Assembly (NCBI GenBank): GCA_041687695.1
Contig: JAWLBL010000021.1
Coordinates: forward strand, 138,982 to 170,531
DNA: 31,550 nt
DNA from: Myxococcota bacterium
GTDB taxonomy: Bacteria > Myxococcota_A > UBA9042 > PHBI01 > JAWLBL01
Reading direction: 5' to 3'
A program made the translations under genes and the position numbers. How positions within the stretch are numbered: position 1 is the stretch's first letter; every line of letters begins with the position of its first letter. Below are positions 28,641 through 31,550 of this stretch, piece after piece. Under the pieces are notes generated by a model. The model saw nothing but the letters and a program-made list of their open reading frames with translations. It searched no databases and had not been told where the DNA came from.

Positions 28641-29440
28641 CGCTCGTCCTCCTCAACTTCGGGGTTGTCGGTCCTCAGCACGTAGTCGTAGGGAGCCCAG
28701 ACGATGGAGACGTCGACCTGCTGGGCCTCGGGGTCGTCCTTGGCCTCGGCGTCGAGGCGGCGCAGGGTCTCCCAGATCGCCTCTTCGTAGAGCTGCTGCA
28801 GGCGCGGCCGATCGGCGGGTCTGACACGCAGGCTGAGCGTGCGCGCGAAGGCGCGGGGCTCGGCGTGGAAGAAGCGGCCGTAGACGGCGTTGGTGACCGA
28901 GCCGAGGAGGTTGTTCAGGCCGTCGATGCGGCTGAGCCAGCCTCGCTGGTTGACCAGGCGGAACTCGGACTTGACGACCGCATACTTGGTGACTCGGCCG
29001 GGCTGTTCGGTGGCGCGGCCCTCGGCGACCAGCTGGTCGAGGGCTTCGCGGATCTCGTCGGCCGCATGGTCGCTCAGGAGCTGCTTGATGCGCGCTTCGC
29101 TGAGCGGCTCGGCCCACAGCAGGAACTCGATGCGCCGGGGGAGCTCGACCTCTCGGTCGGGTTGGGCGAAGTTCTGCTTGAGCTGGCTGGCCAGCATGGC
29201 GACCTTTCGCACGCTGACGCCCAAGCGCTCGCTGGCCTCGCGCATCACCAGGCCGCGGCGGCGCGTCTCGTGGAAGTAGGCCATCTCGAGCCACTCGACG
29301 AGCTCGCGGATGGGCAGCCCGAAGCTGAAGGCCAGCCGCACCGCAGGGAGGAACAGCGCGTAGACGACCCTGCGCTGCAACTCGAGGAGGTCGGGCTCGG
29401 GTTCGTGCTCCGAGCCGGGGTGGCGGTCTCCAGTGGACAT
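28637..29440 (-). CDS. HTH-containing protein, DUF6502-like putative regulator
   Basis: LFLPAVRLAFSFGLPIRELVEWLEMAY, HTH MREASERLGVSVRKVAML, second winged-helix-like segment (ALDQLVAEGRA). Confidence 0.6.
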   Translation of the reverse strand: MSTGDRHPGSEHEPEPDLLELQRRVVYALFLPAVRLAFSFGLPIRELVEWLEMAYFHETRRRGLVMREASERLGVSVRKVAMLASQLKQNFAQPDREVELPRRIEFLLWAEPLSEARIKQLLSDHAADEIREALDQLVAEGRATEQPGRVTKYAVVKSEFRLVNQRGWLSRIDGLNNLLGSVTNAVYGRFFHAEPRAFARTLSLRVRPADRPRLQQLYEEAIWETLRRLDAEAKDDPEAQQVDVSIVWAPYDYVLRTDNPEVEEDER

Positions 29441-29446
29441 GGCTAG

Positions 29447-29498
29447 ACGGTACGCCGGCCAGGGGAGGGGCGTCAACAGGTCATGCAAGAATTTGCAT
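29447..29498 (-). promoter_or_regulatory. Sigma-70-like leaderless promoter with upstream palindrome
   Basis: Minus strand TTGACG-N18-TACCGT-N6-ATG; ATGCAA-GAAT-TTGCAT at 29483-29498. Confidence 0.6.
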
Positions 29499-30613
29499 TA
29501 ATCGCCGGCTGGCGGGGGGCTCCAGCCGGCGGAGAGGCCCAGGAAGGGGACGGCGCGGGGGGAGAGGCGACGGGCGCGGGCCTGGTTGGCGTAGGCGGCG
29601 GGGCGGCGTACGAGGCGGGCCTCGGTCTCGGCGGTGAGGGAGGCGGGCGCGGTGAAGCCGAGCCAGGTGAGGCCGAGTGAGAGACCCAGGGTGAAGCCGT
29701 GGCCGAGGGCGGCGTCGGCGCCGGCGTGCAGGCCGAAGCCGAGCGCGGGGGGTGACGCGGTGACGTCGGGGAAGGTGACGGCGGTGGTCCGGGTGGGTTC
29801 GCCTTCGATCTCGGCGATGACGGCGGTGGCGGGGTCGACGGCGGCGCGGCCGGCCGACAGATCGAGGTGCAGGCCGGCGCGGGGGGTGAGGGGGCCCAGG
29901 CGCCAGAACAGGGCGGCCTCGGCGCCGAGCTGGGCCAGGGACCAGGAGACGGCGGGGGCGCCCTGGACGCGCAGGGTCAGGCCGGGCTCGGTGTGGGTGT
30001 GGAAGGTCTGGCGGGCGACGTCGAGGGCGCCCGAGGTGAAGCGGGCCGAGCCGGACAGGAGCAGGCCGGGGCGGCCGGCGGTGGCCGCGAGGGCGGCCCA
30101 GCGGGTGGCGGCGTGGACGGTCAGGGTGGAGGCGCGGACGCAGGAGGGGATGGCGGCGGCGTCGCTGGTGGGTGGGCTGGCGCCGCAGAGCTCGATCGGG
30201 GGCAGCAGGCGCAGACCCAGCTCGAGGGCGAGGCGGTCGGCGGGGGCCCAGGAGGCGGCGAGGCCGAAGGCGGCCCAGCCGAGGGTCTGGCCGCCGAGCG
30301 AGTCGGCGACGCGGAGGCTGGGGAGGTCGGTGAGGGCCTCGCCGAGGCGCGGCAGGAGGCCGGCTTCGGCGGTGAGGCGGAGGCCGATGGCGTGGCGGCG
30401 GCCGGGGACGGCGGTGGCGAGGGGCGGGGTGAGGGCGCCGGGGAGGGCGCGGGCGGTCCAGGCGGCGAGGCCCACGGACTTGACGCCGAGGTCGTCGAGG
30501 ACTCGCTGGGCCTCGGGGGGCAGGTCGTAGGGGGTCTGGGCGCGGGCCTGGGGCGCGGCGGCCGACAGGGCGAGGAGGGCGAGGGCGAGCAGGCTGGTCC
30601 GATGGCGCGTCAC
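29498..30613 (-). CDS. Secreted / outer-membrane beta-rich hypothetical protein
   Basis: GTG start; signal peptide (M)TRHRTSLLALALLALSAAAPQARA; alternating amphipathic strands; C-terminal PFLGLSAGW. Confidence 0.65.
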   Translation of the reverse strand: MTRHRTSLLALALLALSAAAPQARAQTPYDLPPEAQRVLDDLGVKSVGLAAWTARALPGALTPPLATAVPGRRHAIGLRLTAEAGLLPRLGEALTDLPSLRVADSLGGQTLGWAAFGLAASWAPADRLALELGLRLLPPIELCGASPPTSDAAAIPSCVRASTLTVHAATRWAALAATAGRPGLLLSGSARFTSGALDVARQTFHTHTEPGLTLRVQGAPAVSWSLAQLGAEAALFWRLGPLTPRAGLHLDLSAGRAAVDPATAVIAEIEGEPTRTTAVTFPDVTASPPALGFGLHAGADAALGHGFTLGLSLGLTWLGFTAPASLTAETEARLVRRPAAYANQARARRLSPRAVPFLGLSAGWSPPPAGD

Positions 30614-30726
30614 GGAGGCATGGTGCCCGGGATGGGGCGAGGCCGCCACTGCAGCCGGGTCAAGGGCGCAGGGCCATCGCGCAACCCACAGCGCCGGCGT
30701 TGCGAGTTTGTCACAAGAGGCCAACC

Positions 30727-30840
30727 GGAGTGCTCCACCTTGGTGGAGCCCCCAGCCAGCGCAGCTTGCTGCGCTGGTTTGGCAGCCAGATCCCGGCGGC
30801 GAGCCGCCGGGGCCGGGGCTCCGGCAAGCCGGAGCACTCC
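30727..30840. repeat. REPIN-like inverted pair of double-hairpin REP units
   Basis: Begins GGAGTG and ends CACTCC; four perfect hairpins with 2-nt loops at 30732-30749, 30756-30777, 30792-30811 and 30818-30835. Confidence 0.8.
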
Positions 30841-31121
30841 AAGGTCGCGCCTCCGCCGGCATCAATACGACAGCCTCGTGGCCGGCGCGGTCCAAAGCGC
30901 AGGCGTGGCCGTCTCGTTCCGCCGCCGCAGGCGGCTCTGGAGCGCGCCGGCAGCGCCGGCGCTGTGCGACTGTCGCAACTCCTCTGCATCCGCGAGCGAC
31001 GGCATGGCCGGCGCGGAGACCCTGCGGCCGCGGATGATGCGGTCCCGACGTTGCGGTGGTCTCGGGCCGATGGGGGCGCACCTTTGGGGGGAGTCTTCGG
31101 GCAGGACGGGAGGAGGACCCC

Positions 31122-31427
31122 ATGGCCCACATCGTCACGTTCAAGCACATCGTGGACGACTTCGACGGCTGGAAGCGCGCGTTCGACCGGCAGGGGGACG
31201 TGCGCCGGCGGCATGGCCTGCACCTGCTGGACGTCATCCAGAACGTCGACAACCCCAGCGAGATCCTGGTCATCATGAAGGCCGACAACCTGGACCAGGC
31301 GCGCGAGTTCTGGCGGTCCAGCGAGGACCGCGCGACCCTGGATCGCACCGGCGTCGAGGAGCGGCGCGAGATGCTGATAGGGCGCAGCGTGATGAGCGGC
31401 GAAGGCGCGAGCGTCATCCGCGAGTGA
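31122..31427 (+). CDS. Small dimeric alpha/beta-barrel (cyclase/ABM-like) protein
   Basis: GGAGG RBS; HIVDDFDGWKRAFD...DNPSEILVIMKADNLDQAREF. Confidence 0.75.
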   Translation: MAHIVTFKHIVDDFDGWKRAFDRQGDVRRRHGLHLLDVIQNVDNPSEILVIMKADNLDQAREFWRSSEDRATLDRTGVEERREMLIGRSVMSGEGASVIRE

Positions 31428-31550
31428 GCAGCCGCGGCGGGGCGGCGAGGAGCTAGATGACCCCGGCAGAAGTAGCAATCCGATGTTGACGGAGCCATCC
31501 GCGAGGATCATGCTGCGGAGATCTCGTTTCGGGGAGGTCATCCGGCATGG

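Noticed and set aside
30700..30716. CRP/FNR-like site TTGCGA-N5-TCACAA
   Set aside because: Spacing is one base short of TGTGA-N6-TCACA; no other support.
31453..31550. Possible 3' end of a minus-strand gene at the right edge
   Set aside because: Too short; no recognisable motif to fix frame or product.

Overview
Very GC-rich bacterial DNA. Its Cys-rich lipoproteins, VWA lipoprotein and CorE-like sigma factor suggest Myxococcota or a related deltaproteobacterium (inference). About 29 real genes lie among many spurious antisense ORFs. Left to right: a truncated Kazal + Cys-repeat lipoprotein (missed by the ORF track), FGE-fold lipoprotein, membrane protein, DUF2945 protein, secreted DPP III-like peptidase, vapBC, DUF5666-like protein, orphan histidine kinase, POT/MFS transporter, GFA protein, a 26-Cys metallothionein-like gene followed by a CorE-like ECF sigma factor, a C2-domain lipoprotein-mlaE-mlaF-mlaD-lipoprotein cluster divergent from aminotransferase-luxE-luxC, an alpha/beta hydrolase and AraC pair, a 166-bp MITE, methyltransferase-ybgA, an sqr-DUF1641 cassette between 82-bp direct repeats, several lipoproteins, a DUF6502-like regulator and double-hairpin REP-like elements. 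Best candidates for undescribed systems: (1) a eukaryote-type C2-domain lipoprotein heading an MCE/Mla lipid transporter operon, (2) the divergent LuxE/LuxC + class III aminotransferase operon (possible acid to aldehyde to amine route), (3) the metallothionein-like protein + CorE-like sigma unit. All family calls come from motif recognition by eye; no database search was run.
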